NCBI GenBank assembly: GCA_965364515.1
Contig: CBDTXZ010000002.1
Coordinates: 1-49,743 of the forward strand
Direction of reading: 5' to 3'
Source of the DNA: an uncultured bacterium
Lineage (GTDB): Bacteria; Actinomycetota; Acidimicrobiia; Spongiisociales; ZC4RG35
Length of the DNA: 49,743 bases
This document shows positions 37,450 to 47,067 of the stretch, in pieces; the first letter of the stretch is position 1, and each line of letters starts with the position of its first letter. A program made the position numbers and the translations under genes. Under the pieces are notes generated by a model. It made no database searches. It was not told the DNA's origin and saw nothing but the letters and a program-made list of their open reading frames with translations.

Positions 37450-40400
37450 ATGATCACCGACCAGTTCATGCCCGCCACCCGAGCCTGGTTCGAAGCCTCC
37501 TTCGCCGCGCCGACCGACGCCCAGACCCAAGGGTGGGCATCGATCTCCTCGGGCGATCACACCCTGATCCATGCGCCCACCGGATCGGGAAAGACACTTG
37601 CCGCGTTCCTGTGGACCATCGACCGCCTGCTGCACGAACCGCTCCCCGACGACCTCCACCGCACCAGGGTGCTGTACGTATCGCCGATGAAAGCGCTCGC
37701 CTACGACATCGACCGCAACCTGCGCGCTCCCCTGCTCGGCATCCGCCACGCCTCCGAGCGGATCGGTGGTGACCCACTTCCAGAGATCACCACATTTCTG
37801 CGCACCGGAGACACCCCGGCCGTGGACCGTCGTCGCATGCAGAAGCGGCCGTCGGACATCCTCATCACCACCCCGGAATCCCTCTACCTCCTTCTGACAT
37901 CCCAGGCGCGTGAGACCCTGCGATCGGTGCAGTACGTCATCTGCGACGAGGTCCATGCGGTTGCGGCCAGCAAACGTGGAGCACACCTCGCCCTGAGCCT
38001 CGAGCGGCTCGAGGACCTGACCGAACGGCCACCCCAACGCATCGGTCTCTCGGCTACCCAACGGCCTCTCGAGACGATCGCGACGTTCCTCGGCGGAGGC
38101 ACCGTGGAATCCGACGACACCTGGAATCCGCGTCCCGTCACGATCGTCGACACGCCAGGGGATCGGGAGCTCGACGTCGAACTGGTCGTCCCGGTGGAGA
38201 ACATGGCGGAACCGGAGGAGCCGGATCCGCTCGATCCAGACCGTGTCCGCACCAAGTCGATCTGGCCGGCCGTGTACCCACGGGTGCTGGACCTGATCGA
38301 TCGACACAACTCCACCATCGTCTTCGCCAACTCGAGGAGGCTGGCCGAGCGAATCTGCAACGAGCTCAACACGCTGGCCGGCGACGAAATCGCCAGGGCG
38401 CACCACGGTTCGGTCGCTCGAGACCAGCGGATCGAGATCGAGGAGGCCCTCAAACGAGGTGAGCTCAAGGCCGTCGTCGCCACCAGCTCGCTCGAACTCG
38501 GCATCGACATGGGAGCCGTCGATCTCGTCATCCAGATCGAGGCACCGATCTCGGTGGCGAGCGGGCTTCAACGAGTCGGCCGCGCCGGTCACTCGGTTGG
38601 TGAGGTGTCGGTCGCAAAGGTGTTTCCGAAGTACCGGGGGGATCTGCTCCTCGCCACCGTGCTCACCGAGCGAATGCTCCAACGCCAGGTGGAACAGACG
38701 AAGATCCCCAGGAATCCACTCGACGTCCTCAGCCAGCAGCTCGTCGCCTCCGTCGTGATCGAAGACCGGACCGCAGACGACCTGTACCGGATGGCGAGAC
38801 GTGCAACACCGTTCCGTGAACTGCCACGCTCGGTGTTCGACGAGACCATGGACATGCTGGCCGGGCGATATCCGTCCGACCTGTTCTCCGAGCTCCGACC
38901 GCGAGTCGTATGGGATCGAATCGACGGCACCGTCACGGCGCGACGCGGAGCGAGACAACTGGCGGTCGCCAACGCCGGAACCATCCCCGACCGCGGGCTC
39001 TACCGAGTCGTGCTCCCCGAAGGAGGCCGGGTGGGCGAGCTCGACGAAGAGATGGTGTACGAGTCGCGCGTCGGCGACGTGTTCATCCTGGGCTCTTCCA
39101 CATGGCGAATCACCGACATCGGGCCCGACATCGTCCAGGTGGTCCCCGCACCCGGAGAGCCGGCCGCGACCATGCCGTTCTGGCACGGCGACGCCCTCGG
39201 ACGATCCCTCGAGACGGGTCGTTCCGTCGGGGCATTCATCCGAGAGATCGGATCGATGCCACCCGAAGAGGCCCGAACACGACTGGTATCCGACTATCAC
39301 CTCGATGAGCTCGCAGCGAAGAACCTGGTCGACTATCTCGAAGAGGAACGCAGCGAGGGAGGGGTCCTCCCCACCGACCTGACGCTGGTCGTACAGCGAT
39401 TCCGAGACGAGATCGGAGACTGGAGAGTGGTCATCCTCTCTCCGCTCGGAGCCAAGGTCCACGCCCCGTGGGCGATGGCAGTCACGCAACGACTGCGGGA
39501 GCGCTACGGAACCGACGTGGACGTGATCTGGTCGGACGACGGAATCGCCTTTCGCTTCCCAGACACCGACGACATCCCCGGCACGGACGATCTCATCCCC
39601 GACCCCGAGGAGTTGGAGCCGTTGCTGACCGAACATCTCGCCGACTCGGCGATGTTCGCAGCCAGGTTCCGTGAAGCGGCAGGGCGGGCGCTGCTGCTCC
39701 CACGACGCAGACCGGGCCAGCGGACTCCGCTGTGGCTCCAGCGTCGCAGGGCGGCGGACCTCTTGAGCGTGGCGAAGCAGTTCGGGTCGTTCCCGATCAT
39801 CCTGGAGACCTACCGCGAGATCCTCCAGGACGACTTCGACGTCCCAGCCCTGCGCGAGATCCTCGCCGACATCCGGGGCCGCCGCATCCGGATCGCCGAA
39901 GTCTCGACCGAGAGCCCCACACCCTTCGCCTCCTCCCTGCTCTTCGCATTCGTCGCTGCATATCTGTACGAGGGCGACACTCCCCTGGCCGAACGCCGTG
40001 CAGCTGCGCTCACGCTCGACCGCGAGATGCTCCGGGAACTGTTGGGCGAGGGCGAACTCCGAGATCTGCTCGACGCCGAACAGCTCGCAACCCTCGAACT
40101 CGAACTCCAGCATCTCACCGAGGAACGCCAGGCGACCGGACCAGACGGCATCGCCGACCTGCTCAGGAGCCTGGGGCCGCTGAGCGCGAACGACGTCGAA
40201 CTGCGCACTCGGGAAACCGACGTCGAGGCGACGCTGTCGGATCTCGCCGATGCCCGAAGGGTCATCGAGGTGACGATGAAAGGCGAGCGACGTTGGGCGG
40301 CCATCGAAGATGCCGGAAGGCTCCGGGACGCACTCGGCGTCCAACCACCACGAGGTGTCGCCCACGCCCACCTCGAGCCGGTTCCGGATCCGCTCGGTGA

Positions 40401-41826
40401 TGTCGTCGCCAGGTACGCCCGCACGCACGGTCCATTCACGACCGAGGCTGCTGCCGTCTCGCTCGGCCTTCCCATCGGTGTCGTCGCAACCGCACTGCGG
40501 CGCCTCGACGAGCAGCGCCGCGTCGTGCAGGGAGCCTTCCGCCCCGGAGGGTCCGAAGCCGAATGGATCGACTCCGACGTTCTCAGAAAGCTGAAGCGAA
40601 GGTCGCTGAGCGCGCTTCGTTCCGAGATCGAGCCGGTCACCGGAGACGCCCTCGGACGTTTCCTGCCCGCCTGGCAGGGTGTCAGCGAGGACCCGCCCAA
40701 CGGTCGCGGTCCGCTGCTGGAAACCATCCGCAGACTCCAGGCCGCCGAGATCCCGGCATCCGTGCTCTTCGGCGACGTCCTGGGATCCCGACATGCCGAT
40801 CCGGAGACGCTGCTCGACCAGTTGATGATCGAGGGTGAGCTCGTGTGGGCAGGTCGCGGCACACTGGGCACCCGCGACGGCAGGCTGGCCCTCTACTTCC
40901 GGGACCAGCTCCCGCTGCTGTGGGTGCCACCCGCCGGGGAGGCGCCCGACGGCGAACTCCACGAAGCGATCAGGGAACACCTGGGCCGCCGCGGCGCCAG
41001 CTTCTTCAAAGCGATCTACCTCGCCTGCGGCGGCGGCGACGTCGGCGCCGTCCTGGATGCACTCTGGGACCTCGTCTGGGCGGGCGAGGTCACGAACGAC
41101 ACCCTGGGGCCCGTGCGAGCCTTCGGTCGTGCCCGTCGTTCGAAGTCGACGGGCCGCCCCACGGTCACCGCTTCCTTCCCCCCACATGCCGCAGGACGTT
41201 GGTCGCTCGTGAACGACCTCCTCGACGACGTGATCGAGCCACCGTCGAGTACGCAGCGGGCAACGGCCTGGACACATCAGCTCCTCGATCGGCACGGCAT
41301 CGTCACGCGACAGAGCGTCGCAGCCGAAGGGCTCCCCGGCGGGTTCACCTCGGTGTATCCGGTGCTCCAGCATCTCGAGGAGACCGGCCGCGCCCGGCGC
41401 GGCTATTTCATCGAACGCCTCGGCGGGGCCCAGTTCGCGCTTCCCGGTGCCGTAGACCGGATTCGGAGCGTGCCGGAGCACGGCGTCACGATGCTGGCGT
41501 CGACCGATCCTGCCAACCCGTACGGCGGCGCGCTCGACTGGCCCTCGATCGAGGACGGAAGGATCGGCAGGATCGCCGGGACCCACGTGATTCTCGCCGA
41601 CGGGCACCTCGTCGGGTATCTCGACAAACGCAAGTTGCGTACGTTCGACCTGGACCCGGACAGCTACACGGCGGTGGCAACTGAGATCGCCCGGTTGGGC
41701 GAGCGATCACGCAAGCTCCGAATCGAATCGATCGACGGTGAGCCTCCTGCCCAAACGGCGTTGGGACGCGTGCTGAGCGAAGTGGGATTCGCCCCGGCGC
41801 TGCGCGGCCTGTCGTACCGGTCCTGA
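37450..41826 (+). CDS. lhr: Lhr-type large ATP-dependent DNA helicase
   Basis: The N-terminus aligns with the Lhr pattern (WFEASFAAPTDAQTQGWASISSGDHTLIHAPTGSGKTLAAFLW). DEVH box (CDEVHAV), about 1458 aa, followed by nei as in mycobacteria. Confidence 0.9.
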   Translation: MITDQFMPATRAWFEASFAAPTDAQTQGWASISSGDHTLIHAPTGSGKTLAAFLWTIDRLLHEPLPDDLHRTRVLYVSPMKALAYDIDRNLRAPLLGIRHASERIGGDPLPEITTFLRTGDTPAVDRRRMQKRPSDILITTPESLYLLLTSQARETLRSVQYVICDEVHAVAASKRGAHLALSLERLEDLTERPPQRIGLSATQRPLETIATFLGGGTVESDDTWNPRPVTIVDTPGDRELDVELVVPVENMAEPEEPDPLDPDRVRTKSIWPAVYPRVLDLIDRHNSTIVFANSRRLAERICNELNTLAGDEIARAHHGSVARDQRIEIEEALKRGELKAVVATSSLELGIDMGAVDLVIQIEAPISVASGLQRVGRAGHSVGEVSVAKVFPKYRGDLLLATVLTERMLQRQVEQTKIPRNPLDVLSQQLVASVVIEDRTADDLYRMARRATPFRELPRSVFDETMDMLAGRYPSDLFSELRPRVVWDRIDGTVTARRGARQLAVANAGTIPDRGLYRVVLPEGGRVGELDEEMVYESRVGDVFILGSSTWRITDIGPDIVQVVPAPGEPAATMPFWHGDALGRSLETGRSVGAFIREIGSMPPEEARTRLVSDYHLDELAAKNLVDYLEEERSEGGVLPTDLTLVVQRFRDEIGDWRVVILSPLGAKVHAPWAMAVTQRLRERYGTDVDVIWSDDGIAFRFPDTDDIPGTDDLIPDPEELEPLLTEHLADSAMFAARFREAAGRALLLPRRRPGQRTPLWLQRRRAADLLSVAKQFGSFPIILETYREILQDDFDVPALREILADIRGRRIRIAEVSTESPTPFASSLLFAFVAAYLYEGDTPLAERRAAALTLDREMLRELLGEGELRDLLDAEQLATLELELQHLTEERQATGPDGIADLLRSLGPLSANDVELRTRETDVEATLSDLADARRVIEVTMKGERRWAAIEDAGRLRDALGVQPPRGVAHAHLEPVPDPLGDVVARYARTHGPFTTEAAAVSLGLPIGVVATALRRLDEQRRVVQGAFRPGGSEAEWIDSDVLRKLKRRSLSALRSEIEPVTGDALGRFLPAWQGVSEDPPNGRGPLLETIRRLQAAEIPASVLFGDVLGSRHADPETLLDQLMIEGELVWAGRGTLGTRDGRLALYFRDQLPLLWVPPAGEAPDGELHEAIREHLGRRGASFFKAIYLACGGGDVGAVLDALWDLVWAGEVTNDTLGPVRAFGRARRSKSTGRPTVTASFPPHAAGRWSLVNDLLDDVIEPPSSTQRATAWTHQLLDRHGIVTRQSVAAEGLPGGFTSVYPVLQHLEETGRARRGYFIERLGGAQFALPGAVDRIRSVPEHGVTMLASTDPANPYGGALDWPSIEDGRIGRIAGTHVILADGHLVGYLDKRKLRTFDLDPDSYTAVATEIARLGERSRKLRIESIDGEPPAQTALGRVLSEVGFAPALRGLSYRS

Positions 41827-42668
41827 TGCCCGAAGGCGACAGCTACACCCGCGCGGCCGACCGTCTCCGTCCCGTCCTGATCGATCGTGAGCTCAGCTAC
41901 GTCGACGGCGTGCCGGCCGTGAAGAAGTGGGCGTCAAAGCTGATCGGGCATTCTGTCGTCGCCATTCGCACCCACGGCAAACACCTGCTCTTCGACGTAG
42001 ACAGCGGGGCGACGATCCATGTGTGGCTCGGCATGCCCGGCCGATGGCGCATCCGTGACGCCACCGGCCGGACCGTCGCAGTCGAGTCCGAGCGTCGTCG
42101 CGGGCGACGGGCCCCCGATCCCCGCGGCGCAGCCAGACTGATCCTGAGTACCGAACACCACGAGGCGACGTGCTACTCGGCACCAACGGTCGAGATCGAG
42201 CGGAAACGGGTCATCGACCAACTGATCGAGCGTCTCGGGCCGGACGTGCTGGCCGACGAGTTCGACTGGGCGCTCTATCGCGATCGGGCCTCCAAGGTGG
42301 ATCCGGACCGCACCGTCACCGACGTGCTTCTGGATCAGCGGGTCCTGGCCGGAGTCGGCAACGAGTACAAGAACGAGGTGATGTTCCTCGAGAAGCTCCA
42401 TCCGCTGACACCGTTCGGATCTCTCGACGGCGATCGAGTCGACGCCCTCGCAGAGCGATCGCGGCGTCTGATGCTCCCGAACGCACACCGACCGGGCCGC
42501 GTCACAACAGGTCTTCGTGGGGCGGCGATGGAGTCATGGGTCTTCGAACGAACCGGCAAGCCCTGCCGCCGATGTCGATCGCCCATCGTGTCTGATCATC
42601 TCGGGGAGCCCTTCCCGCGAGTGACCTACTGGTGTCCCGCCTGTCAGGCCGAGACGCCAGGCCCGTGA
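41826..42668 (+). CDS. nei: Fpg/Nei-family DNA glycosylase (endonuclease VIII-like)
   Basis: N-terminal MPEGD, H2TH region, and a C-terminal zinc finger CRRC...CPAC. The ATG overlaps the lhr stop (TGATG). Confidence 0.85.
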   Translation: MPEGDSYTRAADRLRPVLIDRELSYVDGVPAVKKWASKLIGHSVVAIRTHGKHLLFDVDSGATIHVWLGMPGRWRIRDATGRTVAVESERRRGRRAPDPRGAARLILSTEHHEATCYSAPTVEIERKRVIDQLIERLGPDVLADEFDWALYRDRASKVDPDRTVTDVLLDQRVLAGVGNEYKNEVMFLEKLHPLTPFGSLDGDRVDALAERSRRLMLPNAHRPGRVTTGLRGAAMESWVFERTGKPCRRCRSPIVSDHLGEPFPRVTYWCPACQAETPGP

Positions 42669-42728
42669 TTGCGCGGCCCGGCGCCGAATCCGGTTTCCGA
42701 CCCCGACCGAGCCTGTAGCGTTTCGCCG

Positions 42729-44009
42729 ATGGCAGCCGAACTCACCGTCCGGGCAGGACACCCCGACTTCCTGGACCTCCCCTGGGACATCTCCCTCCAG
42801 GAATGGGACCTCCCGCATCGCGTGAGACTTCCCAAAGGGATCTCCCGACACGAGGTCAGGTTCTTCGAATACCCCCAGGGGCTGTATGCGATCAAAGAAT
42901 TGCCGACCAGGCCTGCGAATCAGGACTACAGCGTTCTCCGTCAGCTCGAGTCGTTCGGGGCGCCCGCCGTTCGACCGGTCGGCCTCGTCGAGGGCAGATC
43001 CTCCGATCCGCACGAAGAGCGGTCTGCAGCGCTGATCACGGCCTACGAGCCGTTCTCGTTCAGCTATCGAGAGCTCATCGCCGGATCCGGCTTCGGAGGT
43101 CGACGAAACCAGCTGCTCGACGCGTTCGCGATGTTGCTCGTCGAACTCCACCTCGCCGGTGTGTTCTGGGGTGACTGCTCGCTGTCGAACGTGCTGTATC
43201 GGTTCGACGCCGAGGCGATCGAGACCGTCATGGTCGACGGAGAGACCGCAACGATCTACGCAGACGGACTCACCGACGGCCGGAGGGAAGAAGACATCGA
43301 GATCATGATCATCAATGTCGCCGGTGGTATGGCCGACATCGCCGGATCGACCGGGGCAGATCTCGACGATGCAGACCTCGCCCTGGGCGAGGACGTCGCA
43401 GATCGATACCGCGGACTGTGGCATGAGATCAACCGGGATGACATGATCGGACCCGACGAGCGGTATCGGATCCGTGAACGTATCGAATCGCTCAACTCAC
43501 TGGGCTTCGACGTACAGGAGGTCGACCTGATCCCGGTCGACGAGACCGGCTCGAGGCTCAAAGTGAAGCTCCAGGTCGGCGGGCGCACCTTCCATCAGCG
43601 CGTCCTCAAAGGCCTGACCGGCGTCGACGCGCTCGAGCAACAGGCCAGACAGATCCTCGCCGACCTCCACTACTTCCAGACCAAGACCGGCAAGACCACC
43701 CCCGCGGGCAAGAACATCGCCGCCGTGCAGTGGCGGGTTCAGGAGTTCGAACCCATTCTCGACCGACTCAGGGAGATGAAGGGCGTGCTCGATCCGATTC
43801 AGGCATATTGCGACCTGCTGTACCACCGGTACACCATGTCTGCGGGTTTCGGCCACGATGTCGGCACGGACGCCGCGTACGAGGACTGGATCGAACGCGG
43901 CAAGCCCGGCTACAAGATCACCGAGGATCCCGATGTCGAGATCGCCAGCCCGGCGACCGCGCCGGTCGAGGACGACCCGGAGGACGACGTCGTGCTCGAG
44001 AGCAGCTGA
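42729..44009 (+). CDS. DUF4032 domain protein (kinase-fold-like)
   Basis: HEVRFFEYPQGLYAIKELP, FWGDCSLSNVLYRFDA and other stretches match DUF4032 as I recall it. The start is trimmed to ATG 42729. Confidence 0.7.
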   Translation: MAAELTVRAGHPDFLDLPWDISLQEWDLPHRVRLPKGISRHEVRFFEYPQGLYAIKELPTRPANQDYSVLRQLESFGAPAVRPVGLVEGRSSDPHEERSAALITAYEPFSFSYRELIAGSGFGGRRNQLLDAFAMLLVELHLAGVFWGDCSLSNVLYRFDAEAIETVMVDGETATIYADGLTDGRREEDIEIMIINVAGGMADIAGSTGADLDDADLALGEDVADRYRGLWHEINRDDMIGPDERYRIRERIESLNSLGFDVQEVDLIPVDETGSRLKVKLQVGGRTFHQRVLKGLTGVDALEQQARQILADLHYFQTKTGKTTPAGKNIAAVQWRVQEFEPILDRLREMKGVLDPIQAYCDLLYHRYTMSAGFGHDVGTDAAYEDWIERGKPGYKITEDPDVEIASPATAPVEDDPEDDVVLESS

Positions 44010-45893
44010 TCAATCCGGGGCGAGCGGTATCGTCCGACGAACCGGACGCCGGGGCTCGGCCCGCCCGTACACGGTGGTCCGTTCGTACGGCGTCCTGCCG
44101 GCGTTCCTGATCACCCGTTCGAAGTCGGCCGGACTCACCTCCTGACCGTGCGACGCTCCAGCGGACCGGGTGATGATCTCTCCCATCAGTGTTCCGCCGA
44201 GGTCGTTGCAGCCGGCGTCGAGGAGCCGCGCACCACCGTCGAGCCCGAGCTTCACCCAGCTCGCCTGGATGTTGTCGATCAGTCCATCGAAGGCGATCCG
44301 AGCAACGGCATGGATCAGGACGACCTCATCCCAGGTTGGTCCCGGCCGGGCTCGGCCCCGAAGGAAGATCGGCGAACCCATGTGCACGAACGGCAAGGGC
44401 ACGAACTCGGTGAACCCACCGGTTCGCTCTTGCACCTCGCGAACGACGGAGTAGTGATTCGCCCAGGATCGAGGGCCATCGATGTGACCGAACATGACCG
44501 TGGCGGTGGACCTCAACCCGAGCTCGTGTGCGGTGATCATCACGTCGGCCCATTGCGCCGTCCGGATCTTGTCTGGACACAGGTGCTCTCGCACGCGGTC
44601 GTCGAGGATCTCCGCTGCGGTTCCCGGCAGCGTGCCGAGGCCGGCATCGCGCAGTCTCGTGAGGAACTCCGCCACCGGCATCCCGAGCGTCTCGGCACCC
44701 TGCCACACCTCGAGCGGGGTGAATCCGTGGATGTGCATGTCCGGGAGCCGCTCTTTGATCGCCTCGACCACACCGGCATAGAAGTCGCCCGTGAACTCGG
44801 GATGGATCCCGCCCTGCAGGGTGACCTCGGTGGCACCGCGATCCCATGCCTCCTGGGCTCTGTCGACGATCTCTCCGGTCCCCATCAGATACGGGTCGCC
44901 CCGGAGGTTGAGGCTTCGCGGCCCCTTCGAGAACGCACAGAACCCGCACCGGAAGTAACACATGTTGGTGTAGTTGATGTTGCGGTTCACCACGTAGCTG
45001 ACGTCGTCGCCATTCGCTCTGCTTCGCAGGCGGTCTGCGGTCCACGCGATGGCATCGACGTGATCCCCACGCGCCCCGAAGAGCAGCTCGAGCTCCTCGG
45101 TGGTTGGTCGCTCTCCAGCGAGAGACCGCTCCAGGATCGGCGCCAGTGCGCCGGCACCAGCGAGCTGTTCAGGAGCACTTGCCGTCGTCCAGGTCGGATC
45201 GGCCCATTCGGCCGAGAAGCGTCTGTCGGGCACCGGCGGCGCCTCATCGACTCCGGGAGCCCATCCGTACCGGGGTCGTGCCGCACCCGAGCCGTCGACC
45301 TGTCCCAGCCATGCCGTGAACTGGTCGGCCGGGAGCACCCGGCGAACCTCGTCGAGATCCACTCCGATCGGCAGCGCGGTCCGCTCGACCAGCCGACGTC
45401 CTGGCAGCGCATCCCTCAACTCTCCGATCCGCTCGGAGTCCCAGTCACGGAGCAACAGGTCGCCCGCACCTGCGTCGACCGCAGCGAGAGCCTGAGGCAC
45501 ATCGTCCACGAACACGGACACGGACACATCCAGGCCCGGCCGGTCCATGCGCCTGGCGACTCCGGCGACCGAGGAGCGCGTCGTCCGCAGGAAGGCGGCT
45601 CGAGTCCGGACGACGGCATCCATCGTGAGGTCCTCGTCGTCGGATCCCGCCACCGTGACGCGCCACCCCGGCACGTTTCGGAGGTCCAAGGCCGTCGCAG
45701 GGTCGAGCAACCAGGCCGTCGTTTCCAAACCCGGCTCGGTTCCGAGCGTCAACACCCCGTGCTCGGCAGCCAGCGCAACCTCTGCCTGCTCGATCGCGCC
45801 GACTTCGAGCGTGCCCGTGTGCTCTCGCACCCTCGACTCCAGGTTCGCCTCGTTGATCTGATCCGACGGGCGAATCCTGAGGAACGTGATCAT
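44010..45893 (-). CDS. cofH: FO synthase subunit CofH (radical SAM) with ~250-aa N-terminal extension
   Basis: Core sequence VNRNINYTNMCYFRCGFCAFSKG (radical SAM CxxxCxxC) with CofH-like downstream sequence. ATG 45893 overlaps the cofG stop (ATGA). The rest of track ORF 44010..46871 is an out-of-frame shadow over cofG. Confidence 0.8.
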   Translation of the reverse strand: MITFLRIRPSDQINEANLESRVREHTGTLEVGAIEQAEVALAAEHGVLTLGTEPGLETTAWLLDPATALDLRNVPGWRVTVAGSDDEDLTMDAVVRTRAAFLRTTRSSVAGVARRMDRPGLDVSVSVFVDDVPQALAAVDAGAGDLLLRDWDSERIGELRDALPGRRLVERTALPIGVDLDEVRRVLPADQFTAWLGQVDGSGAARPRYGWAPGVDEAPPVPDRRFSAEWADPTWTTASAPEQLAGAGALAPILERSLAGERPTTEELELLFGARGDHVDAIAWTADRLRSRANGDDVSYVVNRNINYTNMCYFRCGFCAFSKGPRSLNLRGDPYLMGTGEIVDRAQEAWDRGATEVTLQGGIHPEFTGDFYAGVVEAIKERLPDMHIHGFTPLEVWQGAETLGMPVAEFLTRLRDAGLGTLPGTAAEILDDRVREHLCPDKIRTAQWADVMITAHELGLRSTATVMFGHIDGPRSWANHYSVVREVQERTGGFTEFVPLPFVHMGSPIFLRGRARPGPTWDEVVLIHAVARIAFDGLIDNIQASWVKLGLDGGARLLDAGCNDLGGTLMGEIITRSAGASHGQEVSPADFERVIRNAGRTPYERTTVYGRAEPRRPVRRTIPLAPD

Positions 45894-47029
45894 TGGGAGA
45901 CCTCCATCTGTGGTGCGAGCGCGTACCCGCGGTCGTCGACGCCGGCCATGACCTTGCTCATGAGCGCCGAATCGATCCACTCGTCGGCGATGAACTCTGG
46001 ATAGACGGGCAGTCTGGGCACCAACTCGAAACCGGCGCCGGTCGTGCGTGAAGTCAATTCGTCGAGGTGGGGCCAGGGAGCCTCGGGGTTCACCCAGTCG
46101 ATCGTGAGCGGCGACACCCCGCCCCAGTCGTTGATCCCGGCAGCCAGGTAGGTCTCGAATCGATCGGTGAGGTTCGGGGGAACCTGGAGGTTGACCTCGG
46201 CGCCCAGCAACCATCGTGCGACCGCCACCACCCGTGCGAACCAGGCGGGGATCGGCTCGGCGTGCCCGCGCATCCGGGTGTCGGCCTTGGCGCGGAAGTT
46301 CTGCACGATCACCTCTTGGATGTGCCCGTGACGGGCGTGGCTCTCGCCGATCGCCAAGATCGAGTCGACGATCTCGGCGTTGGTCTCCCCGAGACCGACG
46401 AGAATCCCGGTCGTGAATGGGATCCGCAGCCGTCCGGCGGTCTCGATCGCCTCCATGCGGACGACCGGATCCTTGTCCGGGCAGTTGTGGTGCGGCATAC
46501 CCGGCTCCATCAGCCTGGGAGAGATGTTCTCGAGCATCATCCCCATGGAGACGTTCGACGGTCGCAGTGCCGCCATCTCGTCTGCTGACATCACGCCAGG
46601 ATTGGCATGAGGGAACAGCCCGGTCTCGGCGTTCACCAGCTCCGACATCTCCTCCACATACCCGATCGTCGTCGTGTGACCGTGGGCCTCCAGAAACTCC
46701 CTTGCCTGGCGCCATCTGGCCTCGGGACGGTCTCCGAGCGTGAACAGTGCCTCGGTACAGCGATGGGAGTCTCCGGCCGCCGCGACCGCGAGAACCTCGT
46801 CGGGCTCGAGATACATGCCTCCTGCACCGGGCGGCTTGGCGAAGGTGCAGTAGGTGCAGGTGTCCCGACACAGCGTGGTGAGCGGGATGAAGACCTTGCG
46901 GCTGTAGGTGATCGTCCGACCGTGACCCTCATCCCTCAGACGAGCGGCTTCCTCGAACAGGGGAGCTGAGTCCACCTGGCCATCGAGATAGGCGATGGCG
47001 AGGTCGCGGTCGGCATCTGGATGCATCAC
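45890..47029 (-). CDS. cofG: FO synthase subunit CofG (radical SAM)
   Basis: CRDTCTYCTF cluster motif and CofG-like sequence. It lies immediately upstream of cofH. Confidence 0.85.
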   Translation of the reverse strand: MMHPDADRDLAIAYLDGQVDSAPLFEEAARLRDEGHGRTITYSRKVFIPLTTLCRDTCTYCTFAKPPGAGGMYLEPDEVLAVAAAGDSHRCTEALFTLGDRPEARWRQAREFLEAHGHTTTIGYVEEMSELVNAETGLFPHANPGVMSADEMAALRPSNVSMGMMLENISPRLMEPGMPHHNCPDKDPVVRMEAIETAGRLRIPFTTGILVGLGETNAEIVDSILAIGESHARHGHIQEVIVQNFRAKADTRMRGHAEPIPAWFARVVAVARWLLGAEVNLQVPPNLTDRFETYLAAGINDWGGVSPLTIDWVNPEAPWPHLDELTSRTTGAGFELVPRLPVYPEFIADEWIDSALMSKVMAGVDDRGYALAPQMEVSQ

Positions 47030-47067
47030 GCAACGGTACCCGGTCGTCGAACTTCGGTTGTCGGTCT

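Noticed and set aside
37183-41607. 1474-aa ORF on the minus strand spanning almost the whole lhr gene
   Set aside because: It lies antisense to a gene with clear Lhr helicase motifs. Its translation is low-complexity (Arg/Gly/Asp/Val-rich) with no recognisable motif. That is the typical shadow ORF of GC-rich DNA, where stop codons are rare in the antisense frame.
44004-44015. Abutting convergent stop codons (TGATCA) of DUF4032 and cofH as a special element
   Set aside because: Zero-spacing convergent genes are common in compact genomes. It only implies overlapping 3' UTRs and is not a distinct feature.
44010-46871. 953-aa track ORF read as one giant protein
   Set aside because: Only the part from ATG 45893 downward is CofH. 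Upstream of that the frame runs out of phase through cofG (45890..47029) and translates to Arg/Gly-rich junk.
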